From an uncultured Algisphaera sp. (GTDB lineage Bacteria > Planctomycetota > Phycisphaerae > Phycisphaerales > Phycisphaeraceae), in contig CALLPP010000019.1 of assembly GCA_938015655.1 (NCBI GenBank), positions 1-45,173 of the forward strand: a stretch of 45,173 bases of DNA, in the 5' to 3' direction. The notes beneath the pieces are model-generated. The model searched no databases. It was not told where the DNA came from and was given only the letters and a program-made list of their open reading frames with translations. The translations under genes and the position numbers were made by a program. Shown here one piece after another: positions 27,503 to 38,287 of the stretch. Numbering within the stretch: position 1 is the stretch's first letter; each line of letters opens with the position of its first letter.

Positions 27503-28825
27503 ATGCCCACCTACCAATTCGAAGCCCTGAACGACGCCGGCAAGCCTCAAAAAGGCACCATCAGCGCCGCCAACAACGAGGAAGCCCTCGCACGCATCAA
27601 GAGCCAGGGCTTCTTTCCCACGTCCATACGCGAACAGAAAGTCAAAAAAGGCGGTGGCAGCGCCGGCGGGGGCGCCCCCGTGGGGTCGGGAGCCAAGAAA
27701 AAATCCGGGGGCATGACCATCAGCATCGGCGGGGTCAGCAAGAAACACCTCACCCTCTTCACCCGTCAGCTCTCCACCCTGCAAGACGCCGGCCTGCCCA
27801 TCCTGCGATCGCTCGCCATCCTCGAGCAGCAGCAGAAGCCCGGGCTCATGAAAAACACCCTCGACGCCGTCCACGACGACGTCTCCAGCGGAGCTTCGCT
27901 CTCCGACGCCTTCGGCAAGCACCCCAAAGCCTTCGACCGGCTCTACACCAAGATGATCGCCGCGGGCGAAGTCGGCGGTGTGCTAGACCTCATCCTCGCC
28001 CGCCTGGCCGACTTTCTGGAAAAAGCCGCCCGCCTCAAGCGCCGGATCATCAGCGCGATGATCTACCCCGCCGCAGTCATCAGCGTCGCCGCCATCATCG
28101 TGCTAGGCATCATGATCCTCATCGTGCCCAAGTTCATCGAGATCTTCGACGACTTCGACACCGACATGCCCGCCCTCACCATCTGGCTCATCAACATGAG
28201 CAAGTGGCTCGGCGGATCGCTGCTGGGTGTGCTGGGCGCCAAAGACGGCACCTTCAACGAAGACCAGCTCATCCCCGGCATCGTCTGGGTCGCGCTCTCG
28301 CCCATCGGCATCTTCTTCGGCGTCAAGATGCTCCGCAAAACCGCCCCGGGCAAAGCCTTCTTCGATCGCCTCACCCTGCTCACCCCCGTGCTAGGCAAGC
28401 TGGTCCGCAAGGCCACCATCGCCAAATTCACCCGGACCCTGGGCACCTTGGTCAACGCCGGCGTGCCCATCCTCGACGCGGTCACCATCACCAGCGAAAC
28501 CACCGCCAACGGCGTCTACGCCAACGCCCTCATGGACGTCCACGACAGCATCCGCCAGGGTGACAGCTTCGCCGAGCCGCTGCGCAAAGCCAAAGTCTGC
28601 GACCCCCTGGTCGTCAACATGATCGACGTCGGCGAAGAAACCGGTGACTTAGACAAGATGCTCCTGAAAATCGCGGACAACTACGACGAAGAAGTCGACG
28701 TCGCCGTCGCCGGCCTGGTCAGCCTGCTCGAACCCATCATGGTCGTCGTGCTCGGCGGCATCGTCGGCATGATCGTCATCGCCCTGTTCCTGCCCCTGGT
28801 CAAACTCATGCAGTCGGTGATGTAA
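27503..28825 (+). CDS. pilC: Type IV pilus/T2SS inner-membrane platform protein (PilC/GspF)
   Basis: FTRQLSTLQDAGLP, AGEVGGVLD, MIYP, VGEETGDLDKML and LLEP. Confidence 0.93.
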   Translation: MPTYQFEALNDAGKPQKGTISAANNEEALARIKSQGFFPTSIREQKVKKGGGSAGGGAPVGSGAKKKSGGMTISIGGVSKKHLTLFTRQLSTLQDAGLPILRSLAILEQQQKPGLMKNTLDAVHDDVSSGASLSDAFGKHPKAFDRLYTKMIAAGEVGGVLDLILARLADFLEKAARLKRRIISAMIYPAAVISVAAIIVLGIMILIVPKFIEIFDDFDTDMPALTIWLINMSKWLGGSLLGVLGAKDGTFNEDQLIPGIVWVALSPIGIFFGVKMLRKTAPGKAFFDRLTLLTPVLGKLVRKATIAKFTRTLGTLVNAGVPILDAVTITSETTANGVYANALMDVHDSIRQGDSFAEPLRKAKVCDPLVVNMIDVGEETGDLDKMLLKIADNYDEEVDVAVAGLVSLLEPIMVVVLGGIVGMIVIALFLPLVKLMQSVM

Positions 28826-28835
28826 CCACGGCTAC

Positions 28836-28989
28836 GGAGGTCGGAAGGCTGAGGCGGCCGCAACATGCTCCGTCGCCCGCTCACGAATCCGTCCTCCTCC
28901 GAGGGCCCACAAAGGCCCCGCTCTGTCGGCCGAATCCCCGAACGAACGACTCGCGGACGGCTTACGACCACCTCAGCCTTCCGGCCTCC
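28836..28989. repeat. Long imperfect inverted repeat (28-nt arms, 24/28 complementary)
   Basis: GGAGGTCGGAAGGCTGAGGCGGCCGCAA (28836-28863) against TTACGACCACCTCAGCCTTCCGGCCTCC (28962-28989). Confidence 0.75.
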
Positions 28990-29037
28990 TCCGCGGGGGC
29001 TCCCGGCAAGGCATCAAGCTCGAAGAAGAGACACGCA

Positions 29038-29751
29038 ATGAACGCACGATTACGAGCACAACAACCCGCCGTTCATAGAGTGAGTGGGTTCACCCTGATT
29101 GAGTTGTTGGTCGTGGTCTCGATCATCTCAGCGCTGATCGGGATCACCGCACCGGTCATTTTTAAGTTTCTTTCCCGTTCGGAAGAAACCCGCGTCCGCA
29201 GCGTACTCAACGGTCTGGCGGCGGCCGCCGACTCTTACAACATCACCACCGGTACCGTTGTGGATCACCGGGTCAACCGCGACGCTTTCGGCAACTCGGT
29301 GGACTGTGATATTGACGGCGACGATGACGATTTCACCCTGGGCTGGTTCGTGGTCAGCGCCGGGCAGATCCCCGAGGCCGCGCAACTAATCGCCATCGCC
29401 GCCAAGGATGAACTCTTTCTAGACAACATGCCCATGGTCAACGTCACCGACCTGGTCACCGGCCGGGCCGGAGGCGGCCCAGGTTTAGGCACAGGGGACA
29501 TATCCCGGATCCAATTCCGCGACCGCTGGGATACACCAATCCGGTATGCCGGTGGAGTAAGCCACGGAGACAGTTTCAACGACGACGACTACCTCAGGGC
29601 TCACCCCACGGCCTTTTTCGTCTCAGCCGGTCCCGATGGTTTGTTTGGCGAAGTGTTGGAAGACAACAATCAACCCAACCCGGCCGTGGATGACGACGGA
29701 GACGGCCGGCCAGACGCAGAGGACAACATCTACAGCTTTGACCTGAACTAA
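29038..29751 (+). CDS. Type IV pilin/GspG-like pseudopilin
   Basis: SG|[27 protein letters not shown] and DNIYS (GspG C-terminal-like). Confidence 0.85.
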   Translation: MNARLRAQQPAVHRVSGFTLIELLVVVSIISALIGITAPVIFKFLSRSEETRVRSVLNGLAAAADSYNITTGTVVDHRVNRDAFGNSVDCDIDGDDDDFTLGWFVVSAGQIPEAAQLIAIAAKDELFLDNMPMVNVTDLVTGRAGGGPGLGTGDISRIQFRDRWDTPIRYAGGVSHGDSFNDDDYLRAHPTAFFVSAGPDGLFGEVLEDNNQPNPAVDDDGDGRPDAEDNIYSFDLN

Positions 29752-29756
29752 ACGCC

Positions 29757-30767
29757 ATGACCACCTTCTTCCACAAAAAACGTCACGTCAGCGGATTCTC
29801 GCTGATCGAGCTCTTGGTGGTGATCTCGCTCATCGCGCTGCTCACCGGTATCAGCTTCCCGGTGCTCCGTATTCTGCTCAGCAGCACCGCGATCAACACG
29901 GCGGAAGGGCAGGTGAACAACGCATTAACCGCCGCCCGGGTCTTTGCCACCCAAAACAAACCTTTTGTAAACGCTCGCCCCATTGGCGGGGCCCTGCGCA
30001 CCAGCAACGACAACGGCGACGGCTTCAGCGGGGCGATTGTGCTTTTCGCCAACGACAACACCCTCCGCGTGTGCGAGAACGACGAAAACGCCCGCGATCC
30101 GGGTGCGACCGTGCCTTGGCTCGAATTCATGTCTCCCCGCCGCAACGGCTACACCCCCGTGCCGGACCTAGAGGATTCGCGGCTCAGCGGCCGCGTTCAG
30201 GCCCTGGGCATCGTGCGAACCGGAAGCGGGGCGTTTGATGTGCGGCTGGTGCCCCCGCCGTTTGCAATTCGAGTCGATCGTAACGGTGTACTCGGTGAAG
30301 GCGAAGAGCACGCCAGCAGCTCCATGGACGTGCCCTGGGACCGCGTCGTGGACGTCAGTGCCACCGGTGATGTCGGGACATTTGGTTCCGGACCAGGGGC
30401 AATCGAGTTCACGCTCTACGACATTGACGTCGATCGCAACGACGTGGGGTCTGGTTTCGACCCGTTTGAATTTGGTATCGAAGGTACCGAGCGGATGCCC
30501 GACGGGCGGGTTCAGCTGCCCTTCGGAGTGGTGGAAACCGTTTCGGGTGTGCTCATTGTCGAGCCCGATGAAGTCCCCCTTGAGTTCCTACACCCCAACC
30601 CGTCATTCGGCGGCACCAACCCGGTGTCCTTGAGCTTTAACCGCGATACTATCGAAATTTACAGCGAAGCCGAGTCCGCGGCAATCCTGAACTGGGCGGC
30701 GGAGAACCCCATTTTTGGTCGCATCATGCTGTTCAACCGTTATACCGGCCAGGACTTGACCCGCTGA
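29757..30767 (+). CDS. Minor pilin/pseudopilin (FimT/GspH-like)
   Basis: SG|[27 protein letters not shown] and the C-terminal FNRYTG. Confidence 0.8.
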   Translation: MTTFFHKKRHVSGFSLIELLVVISLIALLTGISFPVLRILLSSTAINTAEGQVNNALTAARVFATQNKPFVNARPIGGALRTSNDNGDGFSGAIVLFANDNTLRVCENDENARDPGATVPWLEFMSPRRNGYTPVPDLEDSRLSGRVQALGIVRTGSGAFDVRLVPPPFAIRVDRNGVLGEGEEHASSSMDVPWDRVVDVSATGDVGTFGSGPGAIEFTLYDIDVDRNDVGSGFDPFEFGIEGTERMPDGRVQLPFGVVETVSGVLIVEPDEVPLEFLHPNPSFGGTNPVSLSFNRDTIEIYSEAESAAILNWAAENPIFGRIMLFNRYTGQDLTR

Positions 30768-31852
30768 TGAAACACCTCACCCCCCACCACACGACCAAAG
30801 CCTTCACCCTGATAGAAGTGCTAATCGCTCTTAGCGTACTCGCGTTGGGCATTACCGCGGTCGCGTCGCTGTTTCCCACAGCAGCGCTCCTGCAAAAACA
30901 AGCGGTGAACGAAACCCTTCGGCAAAACCACACCCGATCCAGCGACGCGATCCTCCAGGGAATCGGCCTGCGGAATAACGTCCTCTTGAATTTCACCCGG
31001 TTTATTGAAATTCAACCCACCACCTCAACTTACCCCGCGTATCGGGTCCGCGCTGATCGAGGGATCGAGAGCCCCGAACTCGACGTCTTCGCACTGGCCG
31101 AAGTGGACGTCGATGTTGATCCGGCGGTGATACCGGGCGTCGGTCCAGTGCTGACCCTCACTTCCACCGGAGCGAACGTCGTAGATTCCCAGGTTTACGA
31201 AGGTTTCAGTACCGCAAACCCCGACGGTATCCGCTTTCCCCTGGGCATGCGGAGCCTGCCAACCAGTATCCCCGCACTTCCACGAACACCCTCACCGTTT
31301 GCCAACGCGAATAACTACGTCGAACGGGAAATATTCACCGTGCCAATGGTCCGTCAAGGCCTCGAAGCCAGCGAGATCTTCCCCGACTGGTCGGTGTACC
31401 TGTTCATCCTGCAGCCCCCGAGCCAGCTCCGTTCGGACGGCGCTTACGCCAACGGGAATTACCCTGCGATTTTCAATGGCATGGTTTGTGCCAATCCCCT
31501 CGATAGCGATTATGTGCCCAAAGTTCTCCGTGTCCCGGTGGCTTGGGATGTCGCGGAACCCAACCTCATCACGCCGCGCAACACCGGCAACACCGCAGAC
31601 ATCAACTTAGACGGGCTGGTGAAAGCGGGCGAACTGATCCTGGGCGATAACGGCAAGATCTACCGCATCGCACAGCTCGACGGGTCAAGCAACCAGATCT
31701 TGCTGGCCTCGCAAACCCTGTTTGAACCCCTGAACGAGCGTGACCTCACCGCCGTGTGGATAGCCCCCGCGCCCGGCGGAAGCAACCAGGCCTCACCGTT
31801 GGGCGACCTGCGGCTGCTGTCGTCGAGTCTTGTTCAACTCAACGACTTCTAA
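30767..31852 (+). CDS. Minor pilin/pseudopilin (PilV/GspI-like)
   Basis: KA|FTLIEVLIALSVLALGITAVASLFP. Start overlaps the upstream stop (TGATG). Confidence 0.8.
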   Translation: MKHLTPHHTTKAFTLIEVLIALSVLALGITAVASLFPTAALLQKQAVNETLRQNHTRSSDAILQGIGLRNNVLLNFTRFIEIQPTTSTYPAYRVRADRGIESPELDVFALAEVDVDVDPAVIPGVGPVLTLTSTGANVVDSQVYEGFSTANPDGIRFPLGMRSLPTSIPALPRTPSPFANANNYVEREIFTVPMVRQGLEASEIFPDWSVYLFILQPPSQLRSDGAYANGNYPAIFNGMVCANPLDSDYVPKVLRVPVAWDVAEPNLITPRNTGNTADINLDGLVKAGELILGDNGKIYRIAQLDGSSNQILLASQTLFEPLNERDLTAVWIAPAPGGSNQASPLGDLRLLSSSLVQLNDF

Positions 31853-31903
31853 AATAAACAGGTGTTTATGCCACCTCTTGCTTTTCACACCTCAACGCAA
31901 GCC

Positions 31904-33634
31904 ATGAAGCCACTTCCCCCCTCAAAAACCGCGTCGCAATCCGGGTTCACCGTGATCGAGCTGCTGGTGTCCATCAGCGTATTGGCGCTGATGCTGTCAT
32001 TGGCCGCACAGATCTTCTACACCGCCCAAGAGGGTGTCGATATCGGCCTGCAGACCAGCCAGATCATCGCTGAGCAGCGGGCCATCAGCCAGCCGCTGTT
32101 TGACGACTTCACCAACATGCACGTTTTCGAGTCGCAAAACGGCGGCAACACTCCGGGGTTCTTGGTCATTGTGCAGCAACGCAACGGCGGCGTGCTTTTC
32201 CCTTCTCCAGACGAAGACGGCGGAGACACCACGACCTGGACCGCGGACCGTGACGGCAACGGCACGCCGGGTCAACCCAGCGATCTCATGCGGACCGACC
32301 AGGTCTCATTCTTCCGCGACGCCTCGGGGCTTTCTTCCCTCACCCCGGGAGGAAACGACCGCTACGGATCACAAGCCCGGGCCCAAATCGCCCGCGTGTG
32401 GTACGGCCACACATCACCCGCAACTGGGGGGGCGTCAATCGAGCCCGGAGCCTCAGACAACAACCTATCGTCACAACTGGTCTTAGGACGGCAGGCCCTC
32501 CTGCTGGTTGAGGACAGCGGGGGCACCGCATACCCCACGGGCCAACCAGGCAACACCACCGCGCCTCCGGGCCGGGAGATCCGCACCGGCACGGGGCGCC
32601 TCGACAACTCAAATCGCCTACGAAACGGGGAGTCTGACGTACTCGACCTTAATTCGTTTCAAAGAAACATCGGGGGCACCACCGTCACCCTCGGGCGCTA
32701 CGACGATGCGGGCGACGACCTCGCAGCCGGGACACCCACCGAACGCTCGCTTTTCCGTTTCCCCGGATGGGACACCGGCACCGTCAGTGGGCCAAGCTAC
32801 TTCGAGTCGCTGCTGGCGCGAAACCCCATGCCACTCTCGACCGCGCCAATGACCGAGCGCTGGAACTTCGACGACCGACTAACCACTCCGGCCTACGCCA
32901 ACGCTGCGTCGGAGTGGGCTTTCGACCGCGCCGGTCGTCGGCTTCAGGCCGCCCAAGACCTCTCGACAGACTTCGAAACCGGAATTTTCGAATCCGATCA
33001 AGTGGCCCAACTACACGCCAACTTCTCGCCGCATGTCGCGGATTTCGCCATCGAGTTCGCCGCGGACTGGATTGATAACGACGGCAACGGACTGCCCGAC
33101 AACGAGCCCGACCGAGACAACGGGGGCAACATCGTGTGGTACACCACACTGGATCCGAATCACGACGGAAACGTCTCTACCGTACCCAACGGTACCGGCG
33201 TTTACGACGGCATCGGTCAGAACCGCCCCAATGATCCCGTAACCTACTTCGTGCCCAACGTGTTGCCGAGGTTCAACGGCACCACCGGAACTTTCGTTAA
33301 CCCGTTTGTGTACCAACGCTCCCCCGCTCCAGCAGGCCCCTTGATCACGTACAACCCTGGGTCGCCGGTGACTGCGGTCAATCAAACGGTCTTGGTGTGG
33401 AGCCACAGCGGAGATGACCCCGTCACCGACCCCACCCACGGGGTCGCCGGCGGCGGCTCGGGCCAATACATCGAAGGCGCCGGTAAATACTGGCCTTACA
33501 TGATCCGTTTTCGTTACCGCCTGATGGATGGTTCCGGCGACTTCCGATCCCTCCGCCCTGGCACCAACGACCGTGTAGTGGGACGCTGGTTTGAACAGGT
33601 GGTTCCGGTTCGGCGCCCCACCAATTTGTTCTAG
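31904..33634 (+). CDS. Large minor pilin/pseudopilin (PilW/GspJ-like)
   Basis: SG|FTVIELLVSISVLALML, RVWYGH, LGRQALLL, WPYMIRFRYRL and GRWFEQV. Start could also be 31862 or 31868. Confidence 0.78.
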   Translation: MKPLPPSKTASQSGFTVIELLVSISVLALMLSLAAQIFYTAQEGVDIGLQTSQIIAEQRAISQPLFDDFTNMHVFESQNGGNTPGFLVIVQQRNGGVLFPSPDEDGGDTTTWTADRDGNGTPGQPSDLMRTDQVSFFRDASGLSSLTPGGNDRYGSQARAQIARVWYGHTSPATGGASIEPGASDNNLSSQLVLGRQALLLVEDSGGTAYPTGQPGNTTAPPGREIRTGTGRLDNSNRLRNGESDVLDLNSFQRNIGGTTVTLGRYDDAGDDLAAGTPTERSLFRFPGWDTGTVSGPSYFESLLARNPMPLSTAPMTERWNFDDRLTTPAYANAASEWAFDRAGRRLQAAQDLSTDFETGIFESDQVAQLHANFSPHVADFAIEFAADWIDNDGNGLPDNEPDRDNGGNIVWYTTLDPNHDGNVSTVPNGTGVYDGIGQNRPNDPVTYFVPNVLPRFNGTTGTFVNPFVYQRSPAPAGPLITYNPGSPVTAVNQTVLVWSHSGDDPVTDPTHGVAGGGSGQYIEGAGKYWPYMIRFRYRLMDGSGDFRSLRPGTNDRVVGRWFEQVVPVRRPTNLF

Positions 33635-33706
33635 CTCCGCCCCCGCCCCTCATTTCACCCAGACCACCCCGCAGGCTCCGACCAACGCCTCGAAAGGACC
33701 CGCCCC

Positions 33707-36700
33707 ATGGCCCCCCTTCACTCCCCGGTTGAACGTTCAAAGACTGTGCGTCGACGCGGCTCGGCGATCATCCTGGCCATCACAACGATCGTCATGATGG
33801 CGATCCTCGGGGCGGCCTATCTTCAGGTAGCGAGAATCGACCGTCGCACCGCGGCCAGCGTAGATACGCGATCGAACGTCGACGACAGCTCAATCCTCCG
33901 TTTCATCGGACAGATCCTGGGAGGGGACGTCCCCGCCAGCACCCTGTCGCCCGACATCGATTACCACGACTATCCCTGGACCCAGGCCGCCGACCTGACC
34001 GACCAAAACAACAGCGCGACCCTGCCCCTGAACGCTCGAACCAACGACCACCTCATCGCGGTGGAGGATCGTTTTGCGCCGACGGTGGTCCCCGGTCCCG
34101 TTCCGAACCTGACGCCCCCGGCCGGAAGCTTCCCGGATGCTCCAGCACGAGAACCGCGGGCCAGTACGCCAGTCGCAGACGCCGCGGGTCGGTTTTACTC
34201 CGCGGGCAGTGCCTTCGACGATCGCTGGTTGGCATCGACGCGCCCTGACGCCTCGGGTATCTGGTCGCACGTGACCAACCTGACCGGGGTGTTTTTGGAC
34301 CTTGATCCGAGCACCTTGGTGGCCGATCCCGTGACGGGAACCGGCGCCTTCCCCCTACAGTACTTGTCGACCTCGGACCCCACGGCACCCGCCAATGTCC
34401 GTGAACAAAGCGGCGACTCGATGGCCGTGCCAGCGCTCTCAACCGCGAGCCCGGCGGTGGATGAGTTTCTCTTCGCCGACGCCGACGGCGACGGGATCGT
34501 CGACAGCCGTTGGACCTGGGCCCCCTTGCCTTCAGACGGAGGGCTGGCGTACGTCATGGCGGCACGCATCATCGACAACTCCTCGCTTTTGGACATCAAC
34601 CACCTTAACTATCGCGAGCGAGATTTCGCAGCGGGGCCTCCACGCTGGATGTGGCCCGGTGAATTGGACCTCGAAACAGGTATCCGTTCCGTACGTAGCC
34701 GAGCCGGGCTGCCGGGTCCGGGACCAACAAGCTTTGGTGCTGGAACTGTATTGACTCGAGACGCACCTGAAGGTCGAAATCTTCCCAATGCGGCACCGGT
34801 ACCCGGAGCCGCACGGTTTCGAACATTCAACGCTCGTCTGCGTAACTGGCTTGAGACGTCAGCGGGAAATACGCGGCTGCCTATTCTTGACGACTGGGAT
34901 TCCATAGGATCCGATATCGAACAACGTGAAGCGATGAACCCCATGTCCACACTCTTAGCTGGAGCCGCGACAGCGGACACCATTTTAGACCCCAAGGACT
35001 TCGACAACAGCCTCGTGTACCATCGTTATGGCGTGCGACAAGAAGAGATTGAACTGCGGTGGCGTAACGGCCTGAACCGGTCAACGAGAGATAACTCAGC
35101 CGCCGAGCCGCCCACCGGGCTCGAAGGCCTCGACGCCTTGTTTTTCCGGTCCGGAGCTTTAGAAACCTCGTTTGGCGATACGCCTTTCACCACCGAAGCC
35201 CAGTTTTTTAATCAAGAGCCTCGAAAACACATTACCACCCTCAGCGGGTCGGCCAATCACGGTCAACGCGATATCAACGAACTCGTGGCGTTTACCGACC
35301 TAGATGACGATATCGACGGAAACACAGACCTCGATCAACTTGCAAATTTCATCGACGAGAGCTTTGCGACCGGAGCTCGGCCTGAGCTTGCCGACCCGTC
35401 CAAGTGGGGCCCGGGCTCAGCCTTTGCCGATCAAATGGCCGTCACGCTGCGCGACTTCATTGACGCGGACTCTCTTCTAACCGTGCGCGCCGGGGCGTAC
35501 GGCATGGAATACCTGCCATTCGTAAGCGAGGTCTACCTTCAGGCCCGCTACACCCCAGGTGCCGCGGTAAGCCCAGGCACACTCAACACCGCGGGCGACG
35601 ACTTGCCTTGGACCCTAGCCGCCAACGACTATTCCGTACTGGTCGAGCTAGTCAACCCGTGGCCTTGGACCATCGAAATCCCCGACGTCGAGTTGGTACT
35701 CAATGTTGCGGGAACCGATACGTTGCTCGGTAATCTCTTCGAGCTGAACTCGGCCCTGGCTCCGGCCGGAAGCCCCCCACCGGCGATCCCGGCAAACGGA
35801 ACGTTTTACCTCCGTGTCGAAGGGCCCAGCGTAACCGGAGACAACGTAAATCTCGCGCCTCCCGGCGGGCTTCCCCTGGTCGACGCCGTGGGCCCAGTCT
35901 CCTGGCCTACGGACGCCGGAGCCAATATTCAACAGATCACGGCCATCGGAGACCTTGATTTACGTCTTGACGCCCTGACGAGCCAGGGGAACCGCGTGAC
36001 TTATCAAGTATTCAGGACAAAAGAGATCCCCAACGTAGTCGTAGAGGCTTACAACGCCGGCACGGCGGCGGGTATTTCGGCAGGGGCCACCGAGGGCTAT
36101 TTTCAAATTTCCTCGCTAGGCAGCGCCGACGGTCTCGATGCTCTGGCGGTTCGGGGTGACGACGTCGAGCACCGCGGATGGGCAGACGACCCTGAGCTAG
36201 CCTCTCCTGGATCCGACAATCTTATCGACGCCGGTAATGCACTTGCACTGGCGACCAGCGGTTCGGCTTCACGGCTTGGAAACAATTTGAAAGGGGCAAC
36301 CAGCTCCGACGTGGCCCTGGCCGACCCCCTCGATGACCGGGTGATGGACGCCCGCGCCGCCGCGACACCAACGACCACGCCAATCAACTCTGCTGAACCT
36401 TGGATCATCGGAAACGCCGGACGCTTATACCGGAGCGGCGACTTGCTGCGGGCCGTCATCCTGGGACCACGCGATATTGATGCCGATCCAGAAATCGAGC
36501 CTGTGGCCGAGGTGTGGCGTTTCATCCTCAACAACTCAACCCCAGGATCCGACTATCGCATTAGCGATCTCATGCTCGATCTGTTTAGTCCTGAGCGGGT
36601 CGCGGACACGGGTTTGTCGCATGCAGCTTATTACGTGACGTCACTGAGCACGATCGAAACCAACAACCGCACCCGCGGGCTGGTGGCCGGTCGCCCCAAT

Positions 36701-37207
36701 ATCAACACGATGCCTGCGGATCTCTTGGGCGCTATTTTGCCCATTCTTCCGCCAGGCTCAGGTAACGATATCGCCAACAGCATTGATCGTGCACGCCGAG
36801 ATCCTGCTGCGGAAATGATCGAGCGGCCTGCGGGAACACTTGGCATCGCCTACGTGGGTCAGATTTTGAACGGGTCGGGCGCGGGCACACTTGGCAATCC
36901 CGACGATGTGGTTGACTTCAACGAATATGAACCTGAAGCAGGCCTTTCGGCCTCGCCGACGAATTCGCATGTGGAAGACGGGTTTGTTGGTGATGTCGAA
37001 GAACAGACCATTGTCTATAACTACCTCAACCAGGTCGTCTCCACCCGATCTGACGTCTTCACCGCCTATGTGTTAGTCCGTGCTTACCCAGCAGACGACT
37101 TCACAACCGTGTCCGACGAGTTCCGGCTGCTGGCGGTATTCGATCGTTCCAACATCAACGCAAACGGAACCCCGCGTATTGTGGCCGTAAAACGTATTCA
37201 GAACTAA
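33707..37207 (+). CDS. Giant PilX/GspK-like protein (1166 aa)
   Basis: RRRG|SAIILAITTIVMMAILG (no Glu5, as in PilX/GspK), DADGDGIVDSRW, GRPNINT and STRSDVFTAYVLV. Confidence 0.75.
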   Translation: MAPLHSPVERSKTVRRRGSAIILAITTIVMMAILGAAYLQVARIDRRTAASVDTRSNVDDSSILRFIGQILGGDVPASTLSPDIDYHDYPWTQAADLTDQNNSATLPLNARTNDHLIAVEDRFAPTVVPGPVPNLTPPAGSFPDAPAREPRASTPVADAAGRFYSAGSAFDDRWLASTRPDASGIWSHVTNLTGVFLDLDPSTLVADPVTGTGAFPLQYLSTSDPTAPANVREQSGDSMAVPALSTASPAVDEFLFADADGDGIVDSRWTWAPLPSDGGLAYVMAARIIDNSSLLDINHLNYRERDFAAGPPRWMWPGELDLETGIRSVRSRAGLPGPGPTSFGAGTVLTRDAPEGRNLPNAAPVPGAARFRTFNARLRNWLETSAGNTRLPILDDWDSIGSDIEQREAMNPMSTLLAGAATADTILDPKDFDNSLVYHRYGVRQEEIELRWRNGLNRSTRDNSAAEPPTGLEGLDALFFRSGALETSFGDTPFTTEAQFFNQEPRKHITTLSGSANHGQRDINELVAFTDLDDDIDGNTDLDQLANFIDESFATGARPELADPSKWGPGSAFADQMAVTLRDFIDADSLLTVRAGAYGMEYLPFVSEVYLQARYTPGAAVSPGTLNTAGDDLPWTLAANDYSVLVELVNPWPWTIEIPDVELVLNVAGTDTLLGNLFELNSALAPAGSPPPAIPANGTFYLRVEGPSVTGDNVNLAPPGGLPLVDAVGPVSWPTDAGANIQQITAIGDLDLRLDALTSQGNRVTYQVFRTKEIPNVVVEAYNAGTAAGISAGATEGYFQISSLGSADGLDALAVRGDDVEHRGWADDPELASPGSDNLIDAGNALALATSGSASRLGNNLKGATSSDVALADPLDDRVMDARAAATPTTTPINSAEPWIIGNAGRLYRSGDLLRAVILGPRDIDADPEIEPVAEVWRFILNNSTPGSDYRISDLMLDLFSPERVADTGLSHAAYYVTSLSTIETNNRTRGLVAGRPNINTMPADLLGAILPILPPGSGNDIANSIDRARRDPAAEMIERPAGTLGIAYVGQILNGSGAGTLGNPDDVVDFNEYEPEAGLSASPTNSHVEDGFVGDVEEQTIVYNYLNQVVSTRSDVFTAYVLVRAYPADDFTTVSDEFRLLAVFDRSNINANGTPRIVAVKRIQN

Positions 37208-37607
37208 AGACGATCCGTAAATACGGCATACCAGCAAAACACGCTAACGATGTAGAACCCACGCCTGCCCTCAGGGCTTGCGCTTTGTTTTAGGACGCCT
37301 CACCAAGACTGAGGCCCGGCGTGCAGAACGCGATCCTCGATCCCGGCCACCTAAGCGATCTTGATGCCGACGGCTGCCGTTCCCTCCAACCTGCCGGCCA
37401 ACTCTCCCGCGGTGCGAGACGCGGACCCAATCGGTAAATGACTTGTTATGCCCACGTATTCGCGCCACCGTCACACACCCGCAAGCTATTTAGGCGTACC
37501 GATAGCCTCGCGGGTGTTGATCGGGGAAGGGTGATAAACGTCAGCAAAGTGATCCCCCTCGCCGTTCTTTGTCGAATCGCTTGACTGCCGCGTAAAAGGC
37601 GACCTCC

Positions 37608-38033
37608 ATGACCATTTTCTCCAAGATCATCGCCGGCGAGGTCCCCTGCCACCGGCTGTACGAAGACGAGCACGTCTTGGCGTTCTTGGACGTGGGGCCG
37701 GTCGCTCGGGGGCACTGCCTGGTCATTCCCAAAGAGCCGGCGGTGGAGCTGGGCGATCTGTCCGACGATGCGGCGGCGGCGTTGGGGCGGGTGCTGCCCC
37801 GTATGGTGCGGGCGGTGAAGGCGGCCACGGGCTGCGCCGGGGTGAACGTGCTACAGAACAACGGGCCCGCGGCGGGGCAGGCGGTGATGCACGTGCATTT
37901 CCACCTGATCCCCCGCTACGCCCCAGTTGAATCCGATGACACCGGCTTCAGGTTCAGCTGGCCCGCAGGGCAGCTGAACCCCCACGAAGCCGACAACCTC
38001 AAGGCCAAAATCACCACGTCTTTGTCGCTTTAA
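37608..38033 (+). CDS. HIT family protein
   Basis: TIFSKIIAGEVPC, GHCLVIPK and GQAVMHVHFH. Confidence 0.93.
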   Translation: MTIFSKIIAGEVPCHRLYEDEHVLAFLDVGPVARGHCLVIPKEPAVELGDLSDDAAAALGRVLPRMVRAVKAATGCAGVNVLQNNGPAAGQAVMHVHFHLIPRYAPVESDDTGFRFSWPAGQLNPHEADNLKAKITTSLSL

Positions 38034-38287
38034 ATCAACGGCTGCGTTTGCAACAAAACGAGGTCCCGGCGGGCCGTACACATCCGACTGGCGATCCCAG
38101 AGAGAAAAAACACTCTAGAGCATCGCATTACCTGACCGGCTGCCGCCAGCCCGACGGTCAGCCACCGCCGTGGGGTTTCAACCCTCACTGCGCAACCGGC
38201 GGACAAGATTATTTGCCCGCTACCGTCACGTATTCGACCATTCACGCGAAGTTCCTTTGATTTGTTCCTCGTCGTTTAGTTGTGCCC

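Noticed and set aside
37530-37545. GTGATAA half-site upstream of the HIT gene
   Set aside because: No matching second half-site, so it is not supportable as a second operator.
38125-38205. Hairpins upstream of the choice-of-anchor A gene (possible riboswitch or REP)
   Set aside because: No recognisable riboswitch consensus, and only one copy in the window.
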